The translations under genes were made by a program, and so were the position numbers. Shown one piece after another: positions 8,096 through 18,368 of a stretch of 64,000 bases of DNA. How positions within the stretch are numbered: the first letter of the stretch is position 1; every line of letters starts with the position of its first letter. The notes under the pieces are model-generated. The model did no database searches and was not told the origin of the DNA. It saw nothing but the letters and a program-made list of their open reading frames with translations. The stretch is from a virus (taxonomy: Duplodnaviria > Caudoviricetes): positions 1 to 64,000 of the IMG/VR virus record IMGVR_UViG_3300029288_000132; one strand, 5' to 3'.

Positions 8096-11075
8096 CAGCG
8101 TCCTTAACGCTGACGTCGACTTTACCGTTCGAGTCGAAGCCCTCTAGCTCTTTGCCTTTGCCCTTGGGCTTCTGGGCACCCTTCTCCTTTGGAGGCTCGC
8201 GGTGATCCTGCGTTGTCGTGTCGTAGTCACTCTTCTTCGGATCAGTGATGTCCTTATCTTCCACGATCTTCTCTTCGCCCATTTCCTCTTCGGGCTCTTC
8301 TTCGGGTTCAGGTGTTCCACCAGCCTCAAAGTCAGGCATCTCATCGGCAATGGCCTCCGGGGCTTCTGGTGCCTCTGGTTCGATAGCCTGATCGGTCACT
8401 GGCTGCATTTCGTTTTGCTCGCCAGCACCGCCCATGCCAATCTCGCCCATCTCTGCACCACCAACACCAACGATATCGACTTGTGGCTCTTCGCCGCCGT
8501 CTTCAACACCGGTGTCAACCGAGACCGAAACCGACCCATCGCTACCAGCAGTAATGGTGGCTACGGCTTCTTGAAGAGCATTGTCTTCCTCTTCCGTAAT
8601 TGGCCGGAACTGTTCGATACCTTGGGCGAGCCATTTCGAGAACGGTTTGCTGTCGCCGTTCTTCAAACCAGCGGCACACAACGCACTCTCGAACAGACTC
8701 TCAGGAATCGGTACATTCACGTTGCCGTCTTCGCTGAGAATGACGAAGGGTTCGGCGTAATCGAGTATGAATCGAACGCCATCAAGGTCGCCCTTGATTC
8801 CCTTGCCGCTCTCGTCGTGTTCAAGCCAAACGATGTTGCGTCGAATACGCGATTCATTCTTCGGGCCTTCGCCAGTTATCCCAGCATCAGCCTCTGGCGG
8901 TGTACCGTCGTCGATCTCAGAAACACTGTTTCCGGACGGCTTCTTCCGCTCAGTCTTATTCAAGCTTGAACGCCGAGGGTTGCGCCGACGCATCAAAGTA
9001 CCGCTCTTGTATTGATCTTCGGCAATCTGGTTGAACTGCTCGACAATATTATCGACAGTGGCGTTGATGCGATGCTCTGGAATTCGCAGACCAGAAGCTG
9101 TGATGGCTTCCAACGCCAGCTTGTGTGTGTCGATATCTTCGAAATCGACATCTTTGGATTCAGCGAGCTTGAACATGTTGGAAACTACGTCGTTCATCTC
9201 ATCGCGGAGAATAGACCGCCCGTAATCAATGCCCATGCTCGAAGTGAATTCGACCGATTCACCCATGGCGTACGGATCAGCGTCTTCATCACATTCCATC
9301 TCACACTCGTCAACCTCTTCGTCGCCCTCGTCCTTCTTGTCGCCCTCGTCCTTCTTGCCTTCTCTCTCGGCAATCTTGTTCTTGAGCCATTCTTTATCTT
9401 CGGCCATACCGAGAGCCTTACGTGCGACACGCTCAGATACTGGTGTTTCGGTCTTCTGCTTGCTGTCGAGGTTGATGTTGACGTCTTCATCCTCTTCCTC
9501 ACCACCAAGTCCGAGATCGTCCAATCCCTCTTCACCTTCTTCCTCATCGCCGAGTCCGAGTGCTTCGAGATCTTCCTCTCCACCTTCCTCTTCTCCACCG
9601 AGTTCATCTCCACCGAGATCAGCACCGAGATCGGCCTCTCCACCTTCTGGGGTACCAGATGTACCACCGATCTGGATGAGAGGTGAGTTGATAACGATAT
9701 TCGGTTGGCCAGCACCACCAGCGGCATTGAGATCGTCGCCGATTTCATCACCAAGCTCTTCACCGGCGTCGATACCAGCATTAGTTTCAGGACCACCCTG
9801 TGTATCGTAATCATTCAGCGTATCCATAGCTTCAAGCTCTTTATGAGCAGAAGCTAATGTCTCGCGAACTAGATAAACCGTAGCGTCGTCGACTTCCGAC
9901 TCGGATAATTTATCGATCAGTTCGTCGACCTTCTCTTTGAGCTCCACATCCTCTTGAATCTTGGGGCTGTTGCGGAGTAGGTCGAGTGCTGTACGATATG
10001 CCTTCACCTCCTCGTCGCGTGGCGACAAGGCTTCGTTGAAGGTCATATTCAAGAACTTATCGTAGTCGCCATCGAAATCTTTCGTCTTTTCGAGGACATT
10101 CACGTTCTCTAGAAGTGTTGGGTGCTGTGACTTCACGGCGGTAGCACGCCACTCCCTAACGATAGAATCACGGTTGACTTTTAGATTTGTGCGGTAGAAC
10201 AGCGTAGCAACGTCATTACACAGCTGTTGATTCATAACCGCTCTTGACGCCAGAGTATTTTCGATGAGCGTCTTACTTTCTTGGCGCGTCAGTAGACAGA
10301 ATTCTTGTTGTTCAGCCAAAAAATCCTTGATGCCAGCGACGGCCTCAGAAATCTTGTCACCATCGACCAACTGTGCAATCTTGTAAATTCGTTTCTGGAA
10401 TCCGTCAGACTTATAAGCCTGTTTGGCCGATTCACGCATATGGGTGCCAACAACCTTACGGCATGTCCATTCGCTTACTGGCAACTTCTGACGACGCTCG
10501 CTATTGAAGCTGGCGCTGATGACCCTGCCATTTTCAAGCACGACTGAATCCGACAGACTCTCAACCAAAGCCTTCACCAGCTTTTGCTTGCTGGTATCAT
10601 CCCAGCCATGTGAATGTGATTCGACCTGAAGCCGACGAATCACACCATCACGTGTACGAATGACGCCGGACGACGGCAATGTACGGGGAGAGAATTTATG
10701 AGCGGCAAGGTTGTTGAATGTCGTCCGCATGGCTCGTTGGTCATTTGCCTCAATGGCATTGACCAAGCCATGACAATCTTGTTCGAACAACGATTGCTTC
10801 TGACCCTCAACGATCTTGATTGGGCGAACGTTCGTTATGTTCACCTTACCACCACGCAAGTGCTGATAGATCGCGGCATAATAACCGCCATTGCTGGTGT
10901 CTTCGATGAACAAATTGCCCTCATTGAGAGCCGCAAGCCGCCACTTAGCTCCAACACGCTGTCCGAGCTGGGTGACTAATGATTCATACATAGCCACTTT
11001 GCTTTGAGCAGAGTTGTTGATAGTCCCAAGAAACTTCCTGCTATCCAATACGAGGCGTTCGGCTTTAGTGGCCAT
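8055..11075 (-). CDS. Giant acidic head-associated protein (prohead core or internal protein candidate)
   Basis: Follows the portal gene; long E/D/G-rich linkers and many hydrophobic-x-E motifs. Start revised to MATKAE (ATG 11075, SD GGGAG). Confidence 0.5.
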   Translation of the reverse strand: MATKAERLVLDSRKFLGTINNSAQSKVAMYESLVTQLGQRVGAKWRLAALNEGNLFIEDTSNGGYYAAIYQHLRGGKVNITNVRPIKIVEGQKQSLFEQDCHGLVNAIEANDQRAMRTTFNNLAAHKFSPRTLPSSGVIRTRDGVIRRLQVESHSHGWDDTSKQKLVKALVESLSDSVVLENGRVISASFNSERRQKLPVSEWTCRKVVGTHMRESAKQAYKSDGFQKRIYKIAQLVDGDKISEAVAGIKDFLAEQQEFCLLTRQESKTLIENTLASRAVMNQQLCNDVATLFYRTNLKVNRDSIVREWRATAVKSQHPTLLENVNVLEKTKDFDGDYDKFLNMTFNEALSPRDEEVKAYRTALDLLRNSPKIQEDVELKEKVDELIDKLSESEVDDATVYLVRETLASAHKELEAMDTLNDYDTQGGPETNAGIDAGEELGDEIGDDLNAAGGAGQPNIVINSPLIQIGGTSGTPEGGEADLGADLGGDELGGEEEGGEEDLEALGLGDEEEGEEGLDDLGLGGEEEDEDVNINLDSKQKTETPVSERVARKALGMAEDKEWLKNKIAEREGKKDEGDKKDEGDEEVDECEMECDEDADPYAMGESVEFTSSMGIDYGRSILRDEMNDVVSNMFKLAESKDVDFEDIDTHKLALEAITASGLRIPEHRINATVDNIVEQFNQIAEDQYKSGTLMRRRNPRRSSLNKTERKKPSGNSVSEIDDGTPPEADAGITGEGPKNESRIRRNIVWLEHDESGKGIKGDLDGVRFILDYAEPFVILSEDGNVNVPIPESLFESALCAAGLKNGDSKPFSKWLAQGIEQFRPITEEEDNALQEAVATITAGSDGSVSVSVDTGVEDGGEEPQVDIVGVGGAEMGEIGMGGAGEQNEMQPVTDQAIEPEAPEAPEAIADEMPDFEAGGTPEPEEEPEEEMGEEKIVEDKDITDPKKSDYDTTTQDHREPPKEKGAQKPKGKGKELEGFDSNGKVDVSVKDAGDLKPVKAGENRI

Positions 11076-11149
11076 GTAGTAGCTCCCTTTGATTGCAACC
11101 AGCTCCGACACTCGGAGAGTTCGATTGGCTTATATAATAATGTTTGCTT

Positions 11150-13072
11150 CTAAGTGGGTAAGTCATCTTGGCTAATATCAGTATCATTTTCACCTGCTAT
11201 AGCCATCGGTTGTCCTTTAAGGACATTCTTGATTTCAGCAATAGCCTCATTACGGTCTTTTTCCGGTACAGACCATTCAACCAACAAACCTTCACTACTG
11301 TTTACATCCTCAGTCAATATATCGCTATCTTTTGGTAGTGATCTTGTGAGGCCATCCAACTCCTTAGATTCTAATAAGAATTGGAATGGATTTGAAGCCC
11401 TCCTAGCACGCTGCGATACTTTAACCAAATTACTATATCGCTTCTTACGTCTGGCGTCTTTACGTATCTCCAAAATTACCTTACGTTCGATCTTCCTACC
11501 TTCTATCTCGAATTCCTCTTCGCCGCCTTCTTCCTCACCCTCATCACCTCCTTCACCTTCCCCTCCACCTCCTTCGCCGGTATCAACATCCACGTCCATA
11601 TCAAAATCATCACCCTCTCCGCCACCTAAATCACCGCCCATATCCCCTCCGATGCCACCACCACTTTCTCCGCCTTCTCCCCCTTCTGATTCTTCTTCAG
11701 CTAATTCTTCCATCTCCTGAATTTCATCAGGTGATAAGTCAGTAAACCTAGTAACTATCCAAGTCTTCGGGAACCAACCAATTTCTTTCAAATCAGCCAT
11801 TACGCTAACTCTAGTAGCCCATGTCTCCATCCTATAGAGATCATCAAGCGCCGAGCTAGAAGCCAAGGATAGGCTGAATCCCTTAATATCTTGAACAGTA
11901 TATCCACGTAAAGCGAGATGAATAATTCCTATTTTCTGTAGACTAAGAGCTATTTCAGATTGCACCCATTGGACTGCTTTAGCAAATTCGGCATCTGATT
12001 GTGCCAATGATTTCTCGTTTGGTTCGCCAGCCCCTTCGCCAATACCAACCCTAGCAAACGGTATCTTCAAGGGAGAAATCATCTTCTTCTTGAAGTATTC
12101 GATATCGGATATCTTATCCATGTTCTCGCCACCAGGGAGAACCTCAATATCTGGCCCAGAACCATCAGGACGCACCGGTAGGAAGAAATCGTCTTCTTGA
12201 ACAATCGGTGAGAAACGCTCATCAAATGTGCCGGTGGTAGGATTATAAAACCTCTGTCTCTTAAACATTCGAGCAATGCTTAATAGATATTCGGGAATTT
12301 CCTTAGGAGGAATCATTCCTACCGGAATTTTGTATTTTCGCTTCTCCGGTCCTCTTGTAATCCTGTAAATGAGCGAGGCATCTTCCATAAGTCTCAATTG
12401 CTTGAATGGCTTACGGGAACCGTCTATAATAGCCCTACCGTATGGCGCATAGACCGATTCGAAATTCGTCAGACGCATATGCATACAAGACCATGGGTGC
12501 ATAAACACCGGTTCTGGATACATATCGTCTTGATAAAAGAACCCTACTAGGTCGCCAAACCTTGTCTCGATGCGTGTGAAGTTGTAAATGTTCATGAACC
12601 GCAGCGACGAAATACCTGTACGGTTTCTGTCAGTGACAACTTCAAACGCAGCGTCACCAAATTTACAGAGATATCTAGCAGCCGGACGCAGCCAGCGATC
12701 GATGAGTAATGTGTCGAAGAATAATTCCTCTAGCTCTTCTTTTATTCTTCGGTTCGCAGCTCGAATAATCAACCCATGCTTATATTCTGGGTCGATAAGA
12801 CTACATTCATCAGAATAAAGATCTAACGCAAGCGAAATTTCGCCGGTCTGATCCATCTGCTCATAATCTTTATATCTCTCCAAGCGATTGATTTGGAGAT
12901 TCGTTTGCTGGAGAATTGCATTTTGACTTGAGAAATCTAGGAAGTCCCCGCCGACAGCTAGCTTATCTATAGAAGACTGATCTTGTAATATCCGTTCTTG
13001 CTGGTATATACGGTTAGAGCGGGTAAATTCCCTAATACGATCCCAAACTAACCAATTTGCGGGCATAGCCAA
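11150..13072 (-). CDS. Portal protein (T4 gp20-like)
   Basis: YKDYEQMD..EISLALD, RLMEDASLIYRITRGPEKR..KIPVG..P, EDDFFLP.R, LPGGEN, DIEYFKKK..L.IP; acidic Gly-rich C-terminal extension. Confidence 0.93.
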   Translation of the reverse strand: MAMPANWLVWDRIREFTRSNRIYQQERILQDQSSIDKLAVGGDFLDFSSQNAILQQTNLQINRLERYKDYEQMDQTGEISLALDLYSDECSLIDPEYKHGLIIRAANRRIKEELEELFFDTLLIDRWLRPAARYLCKFGDAAFEVVTDRNRTGISSLRFMNIYNFTRIETRFGDLVGFFYQDDMYPEPVFMHPWSCMHMRLTNFESVYAPYGRAIIDGSRKPFKQLRLMEDASLIYRITRGPEKRKYKIPVGMIPPKEIPEYLLSIARMFKRQRFYNPTTGTFDERFSPIVQEDDFFLPVRPDGSGPDIEVLPGGENMDKISDIEYFKKKMISPLKIPFARVGIGEGAGEPNEKSLAQSDAEFAKAVQWVQSEIALSLQKIGIIHLALRGYTVQDIKGFSLSLASSSALDDLYRMETWATRVSVMADLKEIGWFPKTWIVTRFTDLSPDEIQEMEELAEEESEGGEGGESGGGIGGDMGGDLGGGEGDDFDMDVDVDTGEGGGGEGEGGDEGEEEGGEEEFEIEGRKIERKVILEIRKDARRKKRYSNLVKVSQRARRASNPFQFLLESKELDGLTRSLPKDSDILTEDVNSSEGLLVEWSVPEKDRNEAIAEIKNVLKGQPMAIAGENDTDISQDDLPT

Positions 13073-13076
13073 CCTG

Positions 13077-13085
13077 TGCTATAAT
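13077..13085 (+). promoter_or_regulatory. Extended -10 sigma70-type promoter (TGcTATAAT)
   Basis: Perfect TGnTATAAT about 60 nt upstream of the antisense nuclease gene. Confidence 0.6.
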
Positions 13086-13126
13086 TTAAAGTATTTTTAA
13101 GTGCAGATACCTCTAACAGTGGCATA

Positions 13127-14875
13127 TTGTATCTACTAGGTAAAATGATTGACTGGATAGAAACAGAACGAGAGTTTGGATATTCAGAGATACCTAATAA
13201 CAAGCGTCCGAAAGTTATTTGCCGTTGTGATACTTGTCAAAAACCGCGTACCATTGCTATAAGAATCAAAAGCACAATAATAAATGGTCAGATGCCTTGG
13301 CTATGTCCGTCTTGTGTCAAGAAATTAGAGTCAGATCAGATATCTATAAGAATGAAGAAACAATGGGAGGATAATAAATATCGCCAAAGAAGGACTGCTG
13401 GGACAGCAGCTTTATTGAAAAGTGAAACTTTCAGAGAAAAACAAAAACTCGCAACGAAAAAAAGCATGAAGAATGTCGATGTTTCGTCGATATTAAAGGA
13501 AAGATACAAAGATCCAGCAGCCAGAGAGAAGATTAGAAAAGCATCTACTAAAGCTTGGCAAAATAAAGAACTACGTGCCTTACATTTATTGATTATGCGG
13601 TCGTCAGCCATACGTGTGCTATGTTCGGACGGTACAAAAGCTGCCTGGAAGACCGAAGAATACAAAGAGAAAATGCGTCTTTCTCATCTATCGCTAAGAC
13701 AACATATGTCTGAATGTGGAAAACAATTATGGAAAAGCGTTGAGTATAGAGAGAAGATTGCTGCATATTGGAATGACCCAGAGTTCTTAAAAAAACACGC
13801 AAAAGCTGTCTCTGCTATATCGAAAGAACTCTGGAAGAATGAGACATACAGAAATAGAGTATCATCGGCTGTCCGAGCTGCGCTAGCAACACCAGAAGCT
13901 AAAGCTAGATTATCACAAAATTCAAAGCTCGTTTGGGAGCGACACGACTACCGTAAAAAACTCGCGATCGCTAGGGCTGCTCAATTAGGTCGCACATCGT
14001 CTATTCAAAAGATGCTGTACGAATTCTTAGATAATTTCGATATACCATATTTCAAAGAAGGCGAACAGACACGGATAGGGTATTTTGTATTCGACTGCCT
14101 GATACCGAACATCGGTCATAAAAATTTACTAATTGAATGTCAAGGCGACTATTGGCATTCTCTTTCTAATGCCGAAAGGAACGATAAAGCTAAATTTACA
14201 TATATCGAGCGATATTTTCCAGAATATGAAATCATGTATGTTTGGGAACACGAATTTTATTGCAAAGACCGAGTTCTCGATAGGTTGAAGTTAAAACTCG
14301 GCTTGAACATAGAAACGAAAGAATTCAATTTCTCCGATCTCATAATCGAAGAAGCGAATGCAGATGAAGTTAAAGGATTTTTAGACCGCTATCATTATAT
14401 CGGGAAAGGGCGTGGTGGAAGAGCAATAGGTGCTTATTTAGATGGTGCACTAATTGCTGTAGTTATTTTCAGTCCGCCGCTACGACAGAACACAGCTGGC
14501 CAATTTGGATTGCAAGACGGGGAAGTTCGGGAATTATCAAGACTATGTATACATCCGTCGTATCACAAAGACAACTTCGCGACCTGGTTGATAAGTAGAA
14601 CATTAAGGTTTATTGATTGTAAGCTTATAATTGCATATGCTGATACAACAGTCGGACATACTGGTACGATCTATAAAGCAAGCAATTTTGAATTACATCA
14701 CACCGTTCCTGCTGATTATTGGTATATTGACCCAAAAGGATATGTGATGCATAAACGGACTCTCTATGGCAGAGCCAGAAGCCTTCAGATGACCGAATAT
14801 GAATTCGCTGAAAAATATGGTTATATTAAGAAATATGGCGGCGAAAAACTATGTTTCATTAAACGAATTAATTGA
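13127..14875 (+). CDS. Hef-like homing-endonuclease fusion: helical repeats, Vsr/DUF559-like PD-(D/E)xK nuclease and Mom-like GNAT domain
   Basis: FDCLIP...LIECQGDYWH...YVWE (Vsr-like); FLDRYHY...ELSRLC...IAYADTTVGHTGTIYKASNF (Mom-like). Antisense to its neighbours. Probable start ATG 13145. Confidence 0.75.
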   Translation: MYLLGKMIDWIETEREFGYSEIPNNKRPKVICRCDTCQKPRTIAIRIKSTIINGQMPWLCPSCVKKLESDQISIRMKKQWEDNKYRQRRTAGTAALLKSETFREKQKLATKKSMKNVDVSSILKERYKDPAAREKIRKASTKAWQNKELRALHLLIMRSSAIRVLCSDGTKAAWKTEEYKEKMRLSHLSLRQHMSECGKQLWKSVEYREKIAAYWNDPEFLKKHAKAVSAISKELWKNETYRNRVSSAVRAALATPEAKARLSQNSKLVWERHDYRKKLAIARAAQLGRTSSIQKMLYEFLDNFDIPYFKEGEQTRIGYFVFDCLIPNIGHKNLLIECQGDYWHSLSNAERNDKAKFTYIERYFPEYEIMYVWEHEFYCKDRVLDRLKLKLGLNIETKEFNFSDLIIEEANADEVKGFLDRYHYIGKGRGGRAIGAYLDGALIAVVIFSPPLRQNTAGQFGLQDGEVRELSRLCIHPSYHKDNFATWLISRTLRFIDCKLIIAYADTTVGHTGTIYKASNFELHHTVPADYWYIDPKGYVMHKRTLYGRARSLQMTEYEFAEKYGYIKKYGGEKLCFIKRIN

Positions 14876-14897
14876 ATCGATCATACCTTTACACATT

Positions 14898-15803
14898 CTA
14901 TTTTGGATAGTGCTCTTCAGATTCGCGTAGCAATGCTGCAGGATCGATAAGACCGTGGCCGCTGCCAATCTGCCCGATACTAATTGACGCCTCAGACAAT
15001 AAACTCACTATTTGATCCTTGGTAAGCGGAGCTCTACCGTCATTCTTACGGTCAGCAGCCATAAGTGCAACAATACCAGCAACAAACGGACATGCCATAC
15101 TAGTTCCACTTAGCATTGCTATTCCATTCGGTGGCCAGCAGGATACAATATTGTCACCAGGTGCTACAATATCAACGCGATCTCCACGAGACGAGTAATC
15201 AGCAAGACGTTTATTACGGTCTATTGCACCGACGCCGATGGTCTCGGGATATCTAGCAGGATAGTTTATAGCATCCAATGTTGCCCCATTGTTACCGGCA
15301 GCACAAACAATGCATGCCTTTTGCGATGCCGCGATAATGGCGTTATGTAGTAAATCAGTAGAGCGGGGCGTACCTATACTCATAGAAATAACATCAGCGC
15401 CTTGTGCAATAGCCCAATTAAGGCCATTGATAACAGCCTGATCATAGCAAACACCATTATCGTTTACGACCTTACCAATTAATAGCTGGCATTCTGGTGC
15501 TACTCCAATAACACCGAAATTGTTCTGTCTCGCACCAATGATACCGGCACAGAATGTGCCGTGGCCTATTTTGTCTTCGATGCCTTTGCTGCCAGTGAAA
15601 TCAGCACCAGCAAATACAGATCCAGCTAAATCTTGATGTCGCTGTGCTACACCTGTATCAAGCACAGCGACTTTTACGTTTCTACCCTTAGTGATCTTCC
15701 ATAAATTAGGGATACCCTCACAAACCAGACCCCAATTTATGGTCTCTGCACTACTATTGACAATATATGATGGTAAGCTAAGTGAGCCTTGCATGATTTT
15801 CAC
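14898..15803 (-). CDS. Subtilisin-like serine peptidase (S8)
   Basis: VAVLDTG, GHGTFCAGII, AAGNNG, SGTSMACP; no signal peptide or propeptide. Confidence 0.93.
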   Translation of the reverse strand: MKIMQGSLSLPSYIVNSSAETINWGLVCEGIPNLWKITKGRNVKVAVLDTGVAQRHQDLAGSVFAGADFTGSKGIEDKIGHGTFCAGIIGARQNNFGVIGVAPECQLLIGKVVNDNGVCYDQAVINGLNWAIAQGADVISMSIGTPRSTDLLHNAIIAASQKACIVCAAGNNGATLDAINYPARYPETIGVGAIDRNKRLADYSSRGDRVDIVAPGDNIVSCWPPNGIAMLSGTSMACPFVAGIVALMAADRKNDGRAPLTKDQIVSLLSEASISIGQIGSGHGLIDPAALLRESEEHYPK

Positions 15804-15825
15804 CTAAAATATCTTTCAGGTGAAA

Positions 15826-17778
15826 TTATCGGACATTTAGAACATGCTTTCTATTTGATGTTGGCGGCATATTCTGCACGCTAATAGGCATCGCGCCTAG
15901 CTGCTCTGCGAATTTTACGATTTCACCAGCTATACCGATATCTGGCGAAACTTCTGTGAATCCACCAATAGGTGCCAAAACAGATGCATCAACTTGGCTT
16001 GGACTATAATTATCAGGAACACTGAGATCTGTTTGCATAGATTCCTGGAACGGAATCAATCCACCAATCACCTGGCTAGCTGCATCATTAACTCCAATAC
16101 AGGCAAGGCCAAGGCTCATAACTAAGTCGTCATGGTTGCCTGGTCCTTCTTCAGCCTCGGTCTTATCTGTATCACGCCCGGTCCTATCTTTTTTACGAAC
16201 GTAAATTTGTAATTGTTTCAATAATCGACGACTATATATCTTATAACCACCTTCGGGATGCAAATAATCGATCAATGCCTTATTCAAAGTCGGCTTTGAA
16301 GCCTGACCGGTATAGAAGCCATACTCAGCCAATTTGATGGTATTTTTTCTCGCTGTCTTGCTTGGCTTGTCGTTGATGTCTTTCTTCCGCCATAAGTTCG
16401 GATACATCAGATCGTATCGCATATCATCTATAAATGCGTCACCGCCGTTATTACGCTCTACTACCATCATCGCATTGTTGTACCAACGTCCAACATAATC
16501 AGCTAATAGTTTGAAATCCTTCGGATAGCATCGTATCATCATCTCTGCGGCTTGTTCTTGTGCGTCGATATCTAAAACCTGTAATCCGAAATAGTCCCTA
16601 CCTTTACCAGTTGCAACATCAATCCCAATCGAATAGCGGTGCGGTTGCTCGCCTGGATCTATAAGGCGCTTGCCTTCATAGACAGGTCGTTTACCATGAT
16701 TCGGCTTTCTCCAAACCCACAAACCCTCATCTTTATCGAGTTCTCGCTTATTGCTGCCGTTGAAATTAATCTTAAGGTGCTGATTCTTTACAGGATGAAC
16801 ATACGTCTGCGGACCCTTAACTCGCTTAAAATCGTCATTGATAATAGTCTGCAGATATGCCAAAATTTTCATATCGATTACAGTACTACCAGATCCGACA
16901 AATTCAGCTAATATTTCTTGCCTAAACTTCCATGTCTCGCCACGTTCCTGCAATTCGCGATATTGATCTTCAAGCCATGGCGACCATTTTTGGCCATATT
17001 TCTCTATTTCCTCGGGAGTTACGCACTCTCGCAATCCTGCTGTCGGTGCTATAACCTTAAGATCACCGGTCATCGCATCACGATATCGGATTTCCCAATC
17101 CATATCCCACCAGTCAATCTGAATGGGATTGAAGTTATTAAATCCAGCAACAGCATCGGTCCAAGTGCTCCAATACCAACCACCAACACCGCACGTTGTT
17201 GAAACAACAATAACGCTACCGCCGTGGATCAAAGTCGGCTGGCCAGCTGCCCACATTACACCCATATCTCTAATGAACGCAGCTTCGTCGATAATATTCA
17301 AAGAAGATGCATTAGATCGCAATACGTCGGGGTGTGAGGTAAGAGAACGAATGCGAGAACCGTTCGGAAATTGTATCTCGTGTTCGTTCTCTTTAATCGG
17401 CTTCCAAGCATCCTGCATCCATTGTGGAAGATGTCGAAACAAGAAAATGATGTTTTCTCTGAGAAAGTTGATAGCGTCTTCGTCGGTACGTGAGACTATC
17501 AACACTGTCTTATTCATGAAGAACATCGCAAACCACAGTGCAAAAGCTCCGGCTATTTTACTAGCACCACTTTGCCGTGATTTTTTGAATATGTTATATC
17601 TGTGTTTTCTAAAGGCAGTTAAGGCTTTAATTTGATAACTAAACGGATTCAATGGTAAAACGCCAGCAGATGGATGCTTAGTTTTACCGAAATTACGAAG
17701 AAAAAACATCGTCGACTGTTGGCAACGACGCATTACTGCAGCCTGTGTCGGAGATAAATGAGACAAAAGTTTTGCCAT
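15826..17778 (-). CDS. Terminase large subunit (T4 gp17-like)
   Basis: KSRQSGAS Walker A region, IIDEAAF Walker B, STTCG, GIDVATG and VVERNNGG nuclease motifs, HDDLVMSL. Confidence 0.93.
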   Translation of the reverse strand: MAKLLSHLSPTQAAVMRRCQQSTMFFLRNFGKTKHPSAGVLPLNPFSYQIKALTAFRKHRYNIFKKSRQSGASKIAGAFALWFAMFFMNKTVLIVSRTDEDAINFLRENIIFLFRHLPQWMQDAWKPIKENEHEIQFPNGSRIRSLTSHPDVLRSNASSLNIIDEAAFIRDMGVMWAAGQPTLIHGGSVIVVSTTCGVGGWYWSTWTDAVAGFNNFNPIQIDWWDMDWEIRYRDAMTGDLKVIAPTAGLRECVTPEEIEKYGQKWSPWLEDQYRELQERGETWKFRQEILAEFVGSGSTVIDMKILAYLQTIINDDFKRVKGPQTYVHPVKNQHLKINFNGSNKRELDKDEGLWVWRKPNHGKRPVYEGKRLIDPGEQPHRYSIGIDVATGKGRDYFGLQVLDIDAQEQAAEMMIRCYPKDFKLLADYVGRWYNNAMMVVERNNGGDAFIDDMRYDLMYPNLWRKKDINDKPSKTARKNTIKLAEYGFYTGQASKPTLNKALIDYLHPEGGYKIYSRRLLKQLQIYVRKKDRTGRDTDKTEAEEGPGNHDDLVMSLGLACIGVNDAASQVIGGLIPFQESMQTDLSVPDNYSPSQVDASVLAPIGGFTEVSPDIGIAGEIVKFAEQLGAMPISVQNMPPTSNRKHVLNVR

Positions 17779-18368
17779 TATATATCTTGTGGCTGATCTA
17801 ATATCTTTTGCAGTTCCGCATCAACACCGGTAATATTAATATTGGTTTGATTTGCATTAACAGCACTCTTAGTGGCTGCTAACAGCTTCGAGCGAGAATC
17901 AAGTAATTTTACAGCATGTCCGTTCGTGTCGGCTAAAACTGCGAGCGCCTTTACAAGAGACATTGTGTCTGTTTCGGCGTCGGTGTTGGCTCTAACACGA
18001 GCTAATAATATATCGATCACAGAATCAATTTTCCTGCGATCGCCTTTCAGATTCGATTGGACTTCGCCATAATCGCGGTCGAATTTATCGACAACCGACT
18101 TAATCTCAGTATTAATCGGAGCTTGATCAGATGCCAGTGGTAAATCAGATGGCTCTATTTCGCCTGTGTCTATTATAGGATCAATTAATTCTGGGTCTGG
18201 GATAATCAACTCAGTACTTGTTGGAGCAACCTCTACCTCATTGCCATTGGTCGCCTCACTCGTAGCGTCAGCCAATGGCTCTTCAGGTTGCTCTAGATCA
18301 GCCAGTAGTGATTGTAGTTCATCATCCATACCTTGGACAGATTCTTCAGCCATTGATCTCTTTCCCAT
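17778..18368 (-). CDS. Hypothetical protein, terminase small subunit candidate
   Basis: Directly upstream of terL with a stop/start overlap; acidic N-terminus and helical C-terminus. Confidence 0.45.
   Translation of the reverse strand: MGKRSMAEESVQGMDDELQSLLADLEQPEEPLADATSEATNGNEVEVAPTSTELIIPDPELIDPIIDTGEIEPSDLPLASDQAPINTEIKSVVDKFDRDYGEVQSNLKGDRRKIDSVIDILLARVRANTDAETDTMSLVKALAVLADTNGHAVKLLDSRSKLLAATKSAVNANQTNINITGVDAELQKILDQPQDI

Noticed and set aside
9321-9356. 18-bp tandem duplication (KKDEGD twice)
   Set aside because: Ordinary slippage in a low-complexity linker.
8202-10979. Long plus-strand ORFs (8202-8969, 9012-9686, 9229-9810 and others)
   Set aside because: Antisense shadows of the acidic core gene; Ser-rich mirror translations without SD or promoter.
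17570-17600. Terminase Walker A SRQSGAS lacking GKT
   Set aside because: SRQxG(A/I/L)S variants are common in large-phage terminases; not evidence of inactivation.
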